Below, one piece after another: positions 14,335 through 23,523 of a stretch of DNA of 34,535 nucleotides. Both the position numbers and the translations under genes were made by a program. The stretch's first letter is position 1. Each line of letters begins with the position of its first letter. Under the pieces are notes generated by a model that saw nothing but the letters and a program-made list of their open reading frames with translations, searched no databases and was not told the origin of the DNA. The DNA is from Candidatus Eiseniibacteriota bacterium. GTDB lineage: Bacteria; Orphanbacterota; Orphanbacteria; Orphanbacterales; Orphanbacteraceae. Location: positions 62,001 to 96,535 of the forward strand of contig JBDROZ010000072.1 in NCBI GenBank assembly GCA_043809585.1, read 5' to 3'.

Positions 14335-16047
14335 TCATCCCCGGTACAAGGGGAACCGTGCGCACAGATCTTCCACATCGGCGCGGACCGCCGCGAGATG
14401 TTCCTCGTTCTTCGGGTCCTCCACGACCCGGGCGATCAGGTCCGCGATCCGGTCCATCTCGTCCGTCCCCATGCCGCGGGTCGTCACCGCCGGCGTCCCG
14501 AGCCGGATGCCGCTCGTGATCCACGGCTTCCTCTCATCGAAGGGGACCGTGTTTTTGTTCGCCGTGATGCCCGCCTCGTCGAGGGCGATCTCGATCTTCT
14601 TCCCCGAAACCCCCTTGTCGGTCAGGTTCACGAGCATCAGATGGTTGTCGGTCCCCCCCGAGACGATCGCGAACCCCCGCTTCATCAGGGAGGCGGCGAG
14701 GGCCTTGGCATTGTCGATCACCCGCTGCTGGTACGCCCGGAACTCGGGGGTCATCGCCTCCCGGAAGCAGACAGCCTTGGCCGCGATGCAATGCTCGAGG
14801 GGGCCCCCCTGCATGCCGGGGAACGTCGTCTTGTCGACTGCCTCCGCGTGCTCCGCCTTGCATAGAATGAGACCCCCCCGGGGGCCGCGGAGGGTCTTGT
14901 GGGTCGTGGACGTCACGAGGTCCGCGAAAGGCACGGGGTTCGGGTGGAGCCCCGCGGCGATGAGGCCCGCGATGTGGGCCATGTCGACCATCAGGTACGC
15001 CCCGACGTCGTCGGCGATCTTCCGGAACGCCGCGAAATCGATGGTCCGGGAATAGGCGGAGTACCCGGCGATGATCATCTTCGGCTTTGCCTCCCGGGCG
15101 ACGGCGGCGACGGCGTCGTAGTCGAGGGCCTCCGTCTCCCGGCTCACCTCGTACTGGGCGACCTTGAAGAAGCGGCCCGAGAAGTTCACGGGATGACCGT
15201 GGGTGAGGTGCCCGCCGTGGGAGAGGCTCATGCCGAGGATCGTGTCGCCGTACTCGAGGAGAGAGAAGAAGGCCGCGATGTTCGCCGACGCCCCCGAGTG
15301 GGGCTGCACGTTCGCGTGGTCCGCCCCGTACAGATTCTTCGCCCTCTCGATGGCGAGCTCCTCGGCGACATCGACGAACTCGCACCCGCCGTAGTACCGC
15401 TTGCCCGGGTAACCCTCGGCGTACTTGTTGTTCATCGGCGTCGCGAGGGCCTCGAGCACCGCCTCGCTCGCGAAGTTCTCCGAAGCGATCAGCTCGAGCT
15501 TCGTCTCCTGGCGGCGTCGCTCCCCGACCACCGCCGCGGCGATCTCCGGGTCCGCGGCGAAGAGGAACGACGGGTGGCCGCCCCCCGGCGGGGACATCAG
15601 ATTCCCGCCGCCGAAGGCGGGGCGGTCGATCTCGTCGACCCGCCGCCCGTGGCGTCCTCCTTCGAATTCCACGGCGAGCCAGGCGTCGAGGATCTCCTCC
15701 GCCTCGCCGTCGGAGAGGAGCCTTCCCGGGAGGACGAGCACGTTGGCGTCGTTGTGGGCCCGGGCCAACTTCGCCATCTCCGGCGACGTGCAGAGGGCTG
15801 CGCGGACGCCGCCGACGCGGTTCGCCGCCATCGACATGCCGATGCCTGTGCCGCAGAGGAGCACGCCCCGCTCCGCGTCGCCGGCCCGGAGGCTCCGGGC
15901 GACCGCGTAGGCGTACTCGGGGTAGTCACATGAGCCGTCGCTCCGGGGCCCGAGATCGAGCACTTCGTGGCCGGCCGCGCGGAGCCACCCGGCGACCTTC
16001 TTCCTTCTCTCGAAACCCGCGTGATCCGATCCGATGGAGATTCTCAT
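14335..16047 (-). CDS. glyA: Ribose-5-phosphate isomerase B fused in frame to serine hydroxymethyltransferase
   Basis: N-terminal RpiB ([32 protein letters not shown]) followed by GlyA ([42 protein letters not shown]). Internal ATG at 15597. Confidence 0.88.
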   Translation of the reverse strand: MRISIGSDHAGFERRKKVAGWLRAAGHEVLDLGPRSDGSCDYPEYAYAVARSLRAGDAERGVLLCGTGIGMSMAANRVGGVRAALCTSPEMAKLARAHNDANVLVLPGRLLSDGEAEEILDAWLAVEFEGGRHGRRVDEIDRPAFGGGNLMSPPGGGHPSFLFAADPEIAAAVVGERRRQETKLELIASENFASEAVLEALATPMNNKYAEGYPGKRYYGGCEFVDVAEELAIERAKNLYGADHANVQPHSGASANIAAFFSLLEYGDTILGMSLSHGGHLTHGHPVNFSGRFFKVAQYEVSRETEALDYDAVAAVAREAKPKMIIAGYSAYSRTIDFAAFRKIADDVGAYLMVDMAHIAGLIAAGLHPNPVPFADLVTSTTHKTLRGPRGGLILCKAEHAEAVDKTTFPGMQGGPLEHCIAAKAVCFREAMTPEFRAYQQRVIDNAKALAASLMKRGFAIVSGGTDNHLMLVNLTDKGVSGKKIEIALDEAGITANKNTVPFDERKPWITSGIRLGTPAVTTRGMGTDEMDRIADLIARVVEDPKNEEHLAAVRADVEDLCARFPLYRG

Positions 16048-16134
16048 TTCGTCACCTTGTCCGTCGCGCGATCGGTCCTTCTCCGTGAGCCGCCGGGGCG
16101 TCCTCTCCTCGATTTCTGTGGCCGTCCTCCCGGG

Positions 16135-16629
16135 TCACTCTCCCCCCGGGGACCGCCGGAGGAGCCGCGTCAACCGCCGCCGTCCTTCGCTCAGGGCTTC
16201 CGCGATCTCGCGAAAAGTGGCCTGGTACTCCTCGAGAGATCCGCCGAAGGGATCGGGGAAGTCGGTCCCCGCCCGGGGGTCCCCCGGAGGGAGCAGATCC
16301 CGGAGAAGAAGAACCTCGGCTCCTCCGGACGGCAGAAGTCGGAACACCTCTTCCCGGTGGACGGCGGTCATGACCACGATCGCGTCCGCCCGCCCCGCGA
16401 GTTCCGCCGTCAACGGCCGGGCTCGGTGATTCCCGATATCGACGCCCTCCGCCGCCGCCGCGCGGACCGCGAAGGCCGACGCGGGCGCGCCCGGGGCGGC
16501 CTGAATCCCCGCCGAGAGGACATCGACGTTCCATCCCGGATCTTCGGAGATCAAGCGCCGGAAGAGACCCTCCGCCATCGGGCTCCGGCACGTGTTTCCG
16601 GTGCAGACGAACAGGAGCAGCTTCTTCAT
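16135..16629 (-). CDS. Low-molecular-weight protein phosphatase, YwlE (arginine phosphatase)-like
   Basis: LFVCTGNTCRSPMAEG P-loop, SAG, DPFGG. Confidence 0.85.
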   Translation of the reverse strand: MKKLLLFVCTGNTCRSPMAEGLFRRLISEDPGWNVDVLSAGIQAAPGAPASAFAVRAAAAEGVDIGNHRARPLTAELAGRADAIVVMTAVHREEVFRLLPSGGAEVLLLRDLLPPGDPRAGTDFPDPFGGSLEEYQATFREIAEALSEGRRRLTRLLRRSPGGE

Positions 16630-16733
16630 CTTCCCTTCCGGGCACTTCACCCCGGCGGAGCGCCGCCGCAGGGAATCCGCGAGACCCGAGCCTATCGGAT
16701 CGCCGCAACTAAATCAAGAAACGGGAGGTAGGG

Positions 16734-17345
16734 CTATGGGGCGAATGGCACGGCGCCCGCGCGGACGAGCAGGGGCGGATCGACGGTGCCGTCCACCACC
16801 GTCGAGGGGGGACCGTCCGCGGGAAAACGGGGGCCCGCGACGAGAAGGTCGATCCCGCCCCCGAAGAGCGCGCGGAGTTCCGCCGGGTCACGAACGGGAC
16901 CCTCGCCGCTCCGGTTCGCGGATGTGGAGAAGAGGGGGACGCCGGCGGCTTCGATCCACCGGCGAAGGGCGGGAAGATCGGGAACCCGGACCGCCACCTT
17001 CCCCTCCCGGGCGGCGACGCAGTCGACCCTCGCGGGCAGGAGGATCGTGAGCGGTCCCGGCCACCACTTTCGGGCGAGACGGCGGGCCGCCTCGGGGAAC
17101 CGGGAGGCCACGGAGCGCCATCGATCCTCGTCGTCGAGAAGAAGAAGAAACGCCTTGTCCGACGGGCTCCCCTTGAGAGCGGCGAGCCGGACGGCGACGT
17201 CGGCGCGAAGACCGTCTCCGCCGAGGCCGTACATGGTCTCCGCCGGATAGGCGAGGACGCCTCCCGACCGGATCACCCGAACGATCCGGTCGACGCCCGG
17301 CGCCGCGCGCGCGTCGGCGAGGAGGATCTCCGCGGGTCCGGTCAC
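16734..17345 (-). CDS. tsaC: L-threonylcarbamoyladenylate synthase (YrdC/TsaC domain)
   Basis: YPAETMYGLG, WPGPLTILL, VAVRVP, STSANRSG, PSTVVD. GTGA overlap with the purE stop. Confidence 0.88.
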   Translation of the reverse strand: MTGPAEILLADARAAPGVDRIVRVIRSGGVLAYPAETMYGLGGDGLRADVAVRLAALKGSPSDKAFLLLLDDEDRWRSVASRFPEAARRLARKWWPGPLTILLPARVDCVAAREGKVAVRVPDLPALRRWIEAAGVPLFSTSANRSGEGPVRDPAELRALFGGGIDLLVAGPRFPADGPPSTVVDGTVDPPLLVRAGAVPFAP

Positions 17346-17830
17346 TTCTTCTTCTCCCGCGCCCCCCCCCGGAGGGCGCTCATGTAGCGGGCGAGGCGGG
17401 TCCGGAGCGCCCCGTCGCTCCGCGCGAGCATGCGCGCGGCGAAGAGGGCCGCGTTCTTTCCCCCCGTCTCCCCGAGACCGAAGGTCCCCACGGGCACGCC
17501 CGACGGGAGCTGGACCATGGAGAGGATCGCGTCGATCCCCTTCAGATGTCCCACGGGCACGGGGACTCCGAGCACGGGCAGCTTCGTGTGGCTGGCGATC
17601 ACACCGGGGAGCGCCGCGGCGAGGCCGGCCACGGCGATGATCACCTTGAGGCCCCGCCGCTCGGCCCCCCGGGCGTAGCGACGCACCTCGTCCGGATGAC
17701 GATGGGCGGAAGCAATCACCACCTCGAAGGGCACGCCGAGCCGGTCGAGGATGGCCCCCGCCGCGTTCGCCACGGCCCGGTCGCTTTCGCTGCCGAGCAC
17801 GATCCCCACGGCCGGTCTCCCCCGGCTCAT
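17342..17830 (-). CDS. purE: N5-CAIR mutase / AIR carboxylase
   Basis: GSESD, SAHRHP, AGLAAALPGV, LSMVQLPSGVPV, KNAALFA. Confidence 0.94.
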   Translation of the reverse strand: MSRGRPAVGIVLGSESDRAVANAAGAILDRLGVPFEVVIASAHRHPDEVRRYARGAERRGLKVIIAVAGLAAALPGVIASHTKLPVLGVPVPVGHLKGIDAILSMVQLPSGVPVGTFGLGETGGKNAALFAARMLARSDGALRTRLARYMSALRGGAREKKK

Positions 17831-19098
17831 CCCTGCACCCCCGGCTTACCGATGTCTCTCCGCATCTGTTTCCCCCGGAATCGGACTTTGTCCGCTTCTT
17901 CGTACGCCCGTGCGAGGGCTTCCTCCACGGAAGCCCCCCGGGCGACCACGCCGAGAACCCGCCCCCCCGCGGTGACCCACCTCCCCTCCCGCCGGGCCGT
18001 GCCCGCGTGCAGGTGGAGCACCCCCTCCGGCGGGCCGTGGTCCAGCCCCTCGATCGGATCGCCCTTCTCCGCCTTCGCCGGATATCCGGCCGAGGCGAGG
18101 ACGACGCACGCCGCCGCCCCGTCGCGGGCGCGAAGGGGCGCCGGGTCCCACTCCCCCCGGGCGACCGCCGCGAACCGGGGGAGGAGATCGTCCTCCAGCC
18201 GCTCGAGCACCGCCTGGGTTTCCGGATCGCCGAAGCGGCAGTTGAATTCGAGGAGCTTCGGCCCCTCCGCGGTCAGCATGAGCCCCGCGTAGAGGATCCC
18301 CCGGTAGGGGGCGCCCCTCTCCCTCATGGTCCGGAGGACCGGACGAAACACCCGGTCCCCGATCTCCTCGAGAAAGCCGCCGTCGATGCCGGGGACGGGC
18401 GAGATCGCACCCATGCCCCCCGTGTTCGGTCCGGTGCCCCCCTCGCCAATCCGCTTGTAGTCCCTCGACGGGGGAAACAGGACGAAGTCCTCGTCCCGAA
18501 CGAGGGCGAGCACCGACAGTTCCTCTCCCCGGAGGAACTCCTCGAAGAGCAAAGTATCCCCCGCTCCCCCGAGCGTCTTCCCCACGAGAAAGGCACGCGC
18601 CGCCGCCGCCGCCTCTTCCCCGGTCCCGGCGATGACCACCCCCTTGCCCGCGGCGAGACCGTCCGCCTTGACCGCCGCCGGAAGGCCGAGGGCGGCGATC
18701 GCGCCGGGGACGTCCTCCATCGATCGGACTATCACGGACCGCGCCGTGGGGACGCCGCTCGCGGCGACCACCTCTTTGGTGAAGCACTTGCTCCCTTCGA
18801 GCCGCGCCGCCTCCCGGGAAGGACCGAAGAGGGACATCCCCTCCGCGGCGAAGAGATCCGCCACGCCTTCGACGAGAGGCGCTTCCGGGCCGATCAGCGT
18901 GAGGTCCGCCCCTTCCCGCCTCGCCGCCGCGAGGATCTCGACGGGAGAGAGCCCCCCGCCCCCGGCGGCGACCCGGGCGGGCGGATCGAAACCCTCCCGC
19001 CCCGGATAGGCGACCAGTTCCGGCTTTTCCGGAGACCGGGCCAGAGAATGGAGCATCGCGTGCTCCCTTCCCCCGTTGCCGACGACCAGTACTCGCAA
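17827..19098 (-). CDS. purD: Phosphoribosylamine-glycine ligase
   Basis: TTG at 19098 after GGGAGG gives MRVLVVGNGGREHA. Also LEGSK, KADGLAAGKGV, NTGGMGA, EFNCRFGDPETQ, GGRVL. Confidence 0.94.
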   Translation of the reverse strand: MRVLVVGNGGREHAMLHSLARSPEKPELVAYPGREGFDPPARVAAGGGGLSPVEILAAARREGADLTLIGPEAPLVEGVADLFAAEGMSLFGPSREAARLEGSKCFTKEVVAASGVPTARSVIVRSMEDVPGAIAALGLPAAVKADGLAAGKGVVIAGTGEEAAAAARAFLVGKTLGGAGDTLLFEEFLRGEELSVLALVRDEDFVLFPPSRDYKRIGEGGTGPNTGGMGAISPVPGIDGGFLEEIGDRVFRPVLRTMRERGAPYRGILYAGLMLTAEGPKLLEFNCRFGDPETQAVLERLEDDLLPRFAAVARGEWDPAPLRARDGAAACVVLASAGYPAKAEKGDPIEGLDHGPPEGVLHLHAGTARREGRWVTAGGRVLGVVARGASVEEALARAYEEADKVRFRGKQMRRDIGKPGVQG

Positions 19099-19187
19099 AT
19101 CGAACCTCCCTTTTCTGGTTCCCGTTCCGCTCAGAATCCGTACCGAGAATGATCCGAAGGGACTCCTCCGCCCGATCAGTTTTCCAA

Positions 19188-19368
19188 TAGCCGGTGGATG
19201 GCGGGAGGATTCGTCGCGAGGTCCAGGGGGAGGGAGGCGAGAGGGCTTTCCGCACGAGGAGCTCCCGGAATCGTAGCCGAAGCTACAATGAGGAAGCGAC
19301 GTAGGAGGAAAGTTCTCGCAGCCCCTGATCCCGGACCGCAGCGGAATCCTACCGGGATCCACCGGCTA
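19188..19368 (-). repeat. Imperfect palindromic intergenic element, copy A (181 nt)
   Basis: Perfect 12-bp terminal inverted repeat TAGCCGGTGGAT (19188-19199) / ATCCACCGGCTA (19357-19368). Further arm complementarity (AGGATTC/GAATCCT) and a central GTAGC-TTCG-GCTAC hairpin. Shares phased motifs with copies B and C. Confidence 0.85.
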
Positions 19369-20316
19369 CTTGAAGACCCATGAGAAGGAGAAGCGATGGG
19401 TGCCTCCCAGATCCGCCATGGAAGCGTAGGCGTAGTCGAACCGGTACCCCCGGATCTTCCGGAGGCCGAGCCCGAAGGTCAGCCCCGCAAGATCGCCGTC
19501 CTCGCTCCGGTCGCGGACCTCGGAGAAATGGGACCGGTAGCCGGCGCGGAGGAAGAAATCGGTCACCCCTTCCCATTCGACGCCGACATCGAGGCTGTTG
19601 TCCCAATCGACCGCCCAGCTCCACTCGCCCGCGACGAGGAGCCGCCGGTCGAAGAACGGGTAGGCGGCGGCGGCGGCGACCCGCGTGGGGAGAGGGTCGG
19701 CCTCCTGGAGGTAACCGGAGTTCACCGTGCCGAAATTACGGACCGTCCCCCCGATCCGGAGCCGGCGCCAGAAGTTCCTCATGAGCAGCCCGAAGTCGGC
19801 CGACATGGCGAGGGCGCTCTCCTGATCGATGGCGCCCGTGACGATCGCGCCCGAAGCCCCCACGAAGATGTTCCGGCCGAGCCGGTACGCCAGGGAGCCC
19901 TTGAGGCAGAGGTCGGTGGAGGTGAAGTCGCCGAGCCCGTCGCCTGTCGGATTCTCGAGGGTGGTCCGGGGGATGTCGCGGATCGAAAAGAAGCGGAGGG
20001 AGAGACCGAAGGTCGTTCTCCGTCCGACCGGCTGGGCGAAGACGACGGACCCCCCGTGAATGTCCTCGAGGTAGCTCATGTACTCGGTCGAAAGGGCGGC
20101 GTGGTTGAGCTGGCCGATCCCTGCCGGGTTCCACTCGAGCCCCTCGGCCCCTTCGGCGACCGCCGTGTACGCCTCCCCCATGCCGACGGCCCGGGCCCCG
20201 ACGCCGATCCGCAGGAAGGGAAAGCTGCGCGTACCGACCTGGTCGTTCGCCGACACGCCGGCGGCGGTGAGGACCGCCCCGATCGCCATCGCCGAGAGCC
20301 CCGCACCCCGTTTCAT
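19366..20316 (-). CDS. PorV/PorQ (UPF0164)-family outer-membrane beta-barrel protein
   Basis: Signal peptide, FLRIGVGARAVGMGEAYTA, WNPAG, LRAGY, C-terminal DYAY...LGGTHRFSFSWVF. Confidence 0.8.
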   Translation of the reverse strand: MKRGAGLSAMAIGAVLTAAGVSANDQVGTRSFPFLRIGVGARAVGMGEAYTAVAEGAEGLEWNPAGIGQLNHAALSTEYMSYLEDIHGGSVVFAQPVGRRTTFGLSLRFFSIRDIPRTTLENPTGDGLGDFTSTDLCLKGSLAYRLGRNIFVGASGAIVTGAIDQESALAMSADFGLLMRNFWRRLRIGGTVRNFGTVNSGYLQEADPLPTRVAAAAAYPFFDRRLLVAGEWSWAVDWDNSLDVGVEWEGVTDFFLRAGYRSHFSEVRDRSEDGDLAGLTFGLGLRKIRGYRFDYAYASMADLGGTHRFSFSWVFK

Positions 20317-20348
20317 CGAGAACTCCTCCTCTCAAGTTCGAAGCATAC

Positions 20349-20377
20349 CCTATACCATCCGCTCCCGCGAGCGTCAA
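20349..20377 (-). promoter_or_regulatory. Sigma70-type promoter for the PorV-family gene
   Basis: Minus strand TTGACG, 17-nt spacer ending in TGG, TATAGG. Confidence 0.5.
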
Positions 20378-20565
20378 CCTCCACGGTCTCTCCGCCGGAC
20401 CTCCGGAGTGGCGTTCACGATCAGCCTCCGCAACCCATTGCCGGAGGACCGGTTCAGGTCCCGCTTCGGGCGGCCCCCGGAACCCTCCGCCGGGGCAGGG
20501 GGTATTTCCGTCGAAGCATGTGGAGAAGGCGCGGAGCGGTTCCCCCCGGGGCGCGGGCGGCGATC

Positions 20566-20595
20566 TTGACACGCCCGGCGGCACCTTGGTACGGT
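20566..20595 (+). promoter_or_regulatory. Sigma70-type promoter for the TPR gene
   Basis: TTGACA (20566-20571), 18-nt spacer ending in TGG, TACGGT (20590-20595). Confidence 0.45.
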
Positions 20596-20651
20596 CGGAC
20601 CGCTCGAATCGAAACGCCGTTCCTTCTCCAAGTTCACGGAGGTGTGAAGAC

Positions 20652-21662
20652 ATGATGGTGAAGCGATCGCCTCTGATTCTCGGAATCCTGGTCCTGCTCC
20701 TCGCGGGCGCCACGGCCGCTCTCGGGGTGAGCGAAGAGGCCTTTCAGCTGAACGAGGAGGGCATCGCCCTGATGGACCGGGGGAAGTTCGAACAGGCGAA
20801 GGAGAAGTTCCTCGCCGCCGTCGAGGCGGACGGCGAGTACTGGGATGCCCGGGTGAACGCCGCCCGGGCCGCGGAGAAACTGGAGGATTGGGTCACGTTG
20901 AAGACCCAGTATCTGACGGTCCTCGAGTACGACGAGGAAAACTACGACGCTCTCGTCGGCATCGGCCACTACGAGGTGGCGACTTCGAACTTCGCCGACG
21001 CGGAGAAGCACTTCCGCAAGGCGCTGGAGATCGAGCCCCGGAGCGCCAGTGTCCGTTACGGCCTCGGAAACCTGTACCACAAGATGAAGAAACCCACGAA
21101 CGCCAAGGCGGAGTACGAGAAACTGATCGGCCTCGACCCGCGGGGTTACCCGCGGGCCTATCTCCGGCTCGGCCTGTACGAGTTCGACGGGGCCAAGCAG
21201 ACCAAGAAGTACGACGCCGCGGCCGCCCACCTCGAGAAGTACCTTACCCTCGACGACGATCCGGAGGGCGTGGGACTCGCCCATTACCGGCTCGCCCTGA
21301 TCTACTACCAGCAGAACAAGAACGAGAAGGCCCTCGCCCATTTCACCGAGGCGAAGAAGGCCGACCCGAGCGACTACCGGAGTTACTACTACTCCGCGGA
21401 GATCCACCGGAAGGCCGGGAACCGCGCGGCAGCGGAAAAGGAATACCTCGACGCGGTGAAGCGGAAGCCCGACCTCGGCGAGGCCCACTTCCAGCTCGCC
21501 ATCATGTATCAGCAGGACTACCGGGACGAGGACGCCCTGAACCACTACAAGCAGGCGGCGGCGGACAGGACTTTCAAGCAGCGAAGCCAGGCCCAGGCCC
21601 AGGTGGCGGCCCTCGAGGAGTACTTCCGAAAGCTCCGGGAGGCGGAGGCGGCCAACCAGTGA
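20652..21662 (+). CDS. Exported tetratricopeptide-repeat protein
   Basis: RBS GGAGG, signal peptide MMVKRSPLILGILVLLLAGATAA, and repeated TPR units (AEKHFRKALEIEP, AHYRLALIY, AHFQLAIMY). Confidence 0.88.
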   Translation: MMVKRSPLILGILVLLLAGATAALGVSEEAFQLNEEGIALMDRGKFEQAKEKFLAAVEADGEYWDARVNAARAAEKLEDWVTLKTQYLTVLEYDEENYDALVGIGHYEVATSNFADAEKHFRKALEIEPRSASVRYGLGNLYHKMKKPTNAKAEYEKLIGLDPRGYPRAYLRLGLYEFDGAKQTKKYDAAAAHLEKYLTLDDDPEGVGLAHYRLALIYYQQNKNEKALAHFTEAKKADPSDYRSYYYSAEIHRKAGNRAAAEKEYLDAVKRKPDLGEAHFQLAIMYQQDYRDEDALNHYKQAAADRTFKQRSQAQAQVAALEEYFRKLREAEAANQ

Positions 21663-21777
21663 TTCCGGATTCGGTCCGGGCCTACCGGTCCCTTGGGGCC
21701 CGGGTTTTCCGGGTACGCCCTCCCGGGAACCCACCCCCCTCGCGGGGACGGGCCCCGGGGGAGTGAAAAAACGTGAG

Positions 21778-21804
21778 AAAAACGCGGGTTTCCGCGTTTT
21801 TTTT
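21778..21804 (+). terminator. Intrinsic terminator hairpin after the TPR gene
   Basis: AAAAACGCGG-GTTT-CCGCGTTTTTTTT. Confidence 0.7.
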
Positions 21805-21805
21805 G

Positions 21806-21834
21806 TTGACACTCCCCCGGTCCGACGATAATTT
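21806..21834 (+). promoter_or_regulatory. Sigma70-type promoter of HU copy 2
   Basis: TTGACA (21806-21811), 17-nt spacer, TAATTT (21829-21834), with a T-rich upstream tract. Confidence 0.6.
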
Positions 21835-21878
21835 ACGGCCGGTTCGGAACCATTAACTCTCAACCCAGGGGGTGAGCC

Positions 21879-22148
21879 GTGAACAAAGGAGAACTGGTAG
21901 CGAAGGTCGCGCAGATGACCAACCTGTCCCAGCGTCAGACCCGGGACGTCATCGACGCCACGTTCGACACGATCAAGAAGAACACGAAGAAGAAGGAAGG
22001 CGTCCAGCTGGCCGGCTTCGGCAGCTTCACCGTGAGCCGCCGCAAGGCCCGCATGGGACGCAACCCGCAGACCGGCGAGAGCATCAAGATCTCGGCGAGC
22101 AAGAACGTTCGGTTCAAAGCGGGCAAGTCCTACAAGACCATGCTGTAG
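21879..22148 (+). CDS. hup: HU-family DNA-binding protein (copy 2)
   Basis: MNKGELVAKVA...VQLAGFGSFTVSRRKARMGRNPQTGESIKISASKNVRFKAGK. Confidence 0.93.
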   Translation: MNKGELVAKVAQMTNLSQRQTRDVIDATFDTIKKNTKKKEGVQLAGFGSFTVSRRKARMGRNPQTGESIKISASKNVRFKAGKSYKTML

Positions 22149-22163
22149 GACTCGGATCGATCG

Positions 22164-22196
22164 AAAGACCGCCGGGACCCTCCCGGCGGTTTTTTT
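22164..22196. terminator. Intrinsic terminator between the convergent HU and DUF4340 genes
   Basis: AAAGACCGCCGGGA-CCC-TCCCGGCGGTTTTTTT. Confidence 0.8.
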
Positions 22197-23466
22197 ATCG
22201 TTCCGGAGGCGTCGCGGGAACGAGCAGATCGCCGAGGGTGACGGAGAAGACCGCCCTCGCGCCGTCCGGAAGAATCAGAGCGCCCCTCTCCCCTTCACGG
22301 CGCGCGACGAACCCGGCACCCCCCTCGATGACGGAGACCGTCTCGCCGTCCGCTTCCACCGTCCACCGGGGCGTCACCTCTTCGTCAGGCGCGCCGGGGG
22401 GGAGAAAGGCGATCGCCTCCAGGTTCCCGAGGTTCCGGAGCCACGCCCGGGTCCGGGCCGGATCGGCGGGGAAGGTCTCTCCCTTCGTCACCGTCCACCC
22501 CTTTCCCGTTCTCGCGAGAGTGCACACTTCATTCCCCCCCTCGATGAGTCTGACACGATCCGCCTCCAAGGGATCGAGCCCCAGGAGCGACCGATCGAGG
22601 GGCTCCGCGGCGTGGGCGAAGAGGGAGTCCCGAACGTACCGGGGCAGGCGAAACAGACCCGGGCGGTCGGTGGCGCGGGCGAGGAGGAGCGAGGTCTCGG
22701 GAACGGCGTCGCCGATTTCGAGGGTCCCCTCTCCCCCCGCCCACCCCACGGTCACGCGGAAAGGCCTCGGCCCCTCCCGGAACTCCGTCTCCTCCGAGAA
22801 CGAGTGGATCCTCGAGACGTTCACTGCCCGGACGACCCCCCACGGGAACTTCGGATCCGCCCGGAGCCCCGCCTCGGCGACGAACCACCGATCGTCCCCG
22901 CGCCGTTCGATCGTCCAGCTCCGGCCGCGTTGCTCCACGCTCACGCGGCGAACCTCGGAGGGGGGAAAACGGAGGAGTCGATGGTCCCTCAGGCGGCGAA
23001 GGGGAAGATCGAGAATCGGAGCCATCTTCCCCGTCGCGAGGAGCACCCGTTTCACGCCGGGTTCGGAGATGTAGACTCCCTCCCCGCCGGGGCTGCGGAG
23101 GCCGACGAGGATCTCCCGTCCGCCGACCGTCACCCGGGCCCGGGGGGGACGGAGCCCGTACGACCGGGCGAATGGGGGGTCTTCGTCCGCGATGCCCAGC
23201 ACCGCCGCCCCCCGAAGACTGCGGATCAGCCCGTCGATCATCGACGAGTCCGCCCGGTCCTCGATGGGGGAGACGATCCACCAGACGCCGTCCCGGACGG
23301 CGAGGGCCGCCGTCGTCGAGTCGTTTTCGATGTCGAACCGGAGGATGGGATCGGGAAAGCGGGGAAAGACGAGGGCCCCGTCCTCTTCTCCGCCCCCCCC
23401 GCAGTGAAGGGAGAGGACGACAAGAAGCAGAGCAACTTCCGTTCTGATCCGGTTTGCATCAGCCAC
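22195..23466 (-). CDS. DUF4340-like exported (lipo)protein
   Basis: Hydrophobic N-terminus ending LSLHC, then three repeats of a W-x-V/I...AD...L pattern (WWIVSPIEDRAD, WFVAEAGLRAD, WTVTKGETFPAD). Confidence 0.6.
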   Translation of the reverse strand: MADANRIRTEVALLLVVLSLHCGGGGEEDGALVFPRFPDPILRFDIENDSTTAALAVRDGVWWIVSPIEDRADSSMIDGLIRSLRGAAVLGIADEDPPFARSYGLRPPRARVTVGGREILVGLRSPGGEGVYISEPGVKRVLLATGKMAPILDLPLRRLRDHRLLRFPPSEVRRVSVEQRGRSWTIERRGDDRWFVAEAGLRADPKFPWGVVRAVNVSRIHSFSEETEFREGPRPFRVTVGWAGGEGTLEIGDAVPETSLLLARATDRPGLFRLPRYVRDSLFAHAAEPLDRSLLGLDPLEADRVRLIEGGNEVCTLARTGKGWTVTKGETFPADPARTRAWLRNLGNLEAIAFLPPGAPDEEVTPRWTVEADGETVSVIEGGAGFVARREGERGALILPDGARAVFSVTLGDLLVPATPPER

Positions 23467-23523
23467 ATCTATTCCCGCCCTGTCCGCACAGTCGTTTCCC
23501 CCCGAGTCCGTAAACGGAGCCGG

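Noticed and set aside
16655-16695. TAGG...GGATTCCCTGCGG on the minus strand, resembling the start of copy A
   Set aside because: The offset is wrong (24 instead of 28) and there are no further motifs or return arm.
19099-19365. Purine-related riboswitch (ZTP, PRPP, guanine) upstream of purD
   Set aside because: I could not recognise the consensus motifs, and the region is explained by the palindromic repeat. A cmscan run would be decisive.
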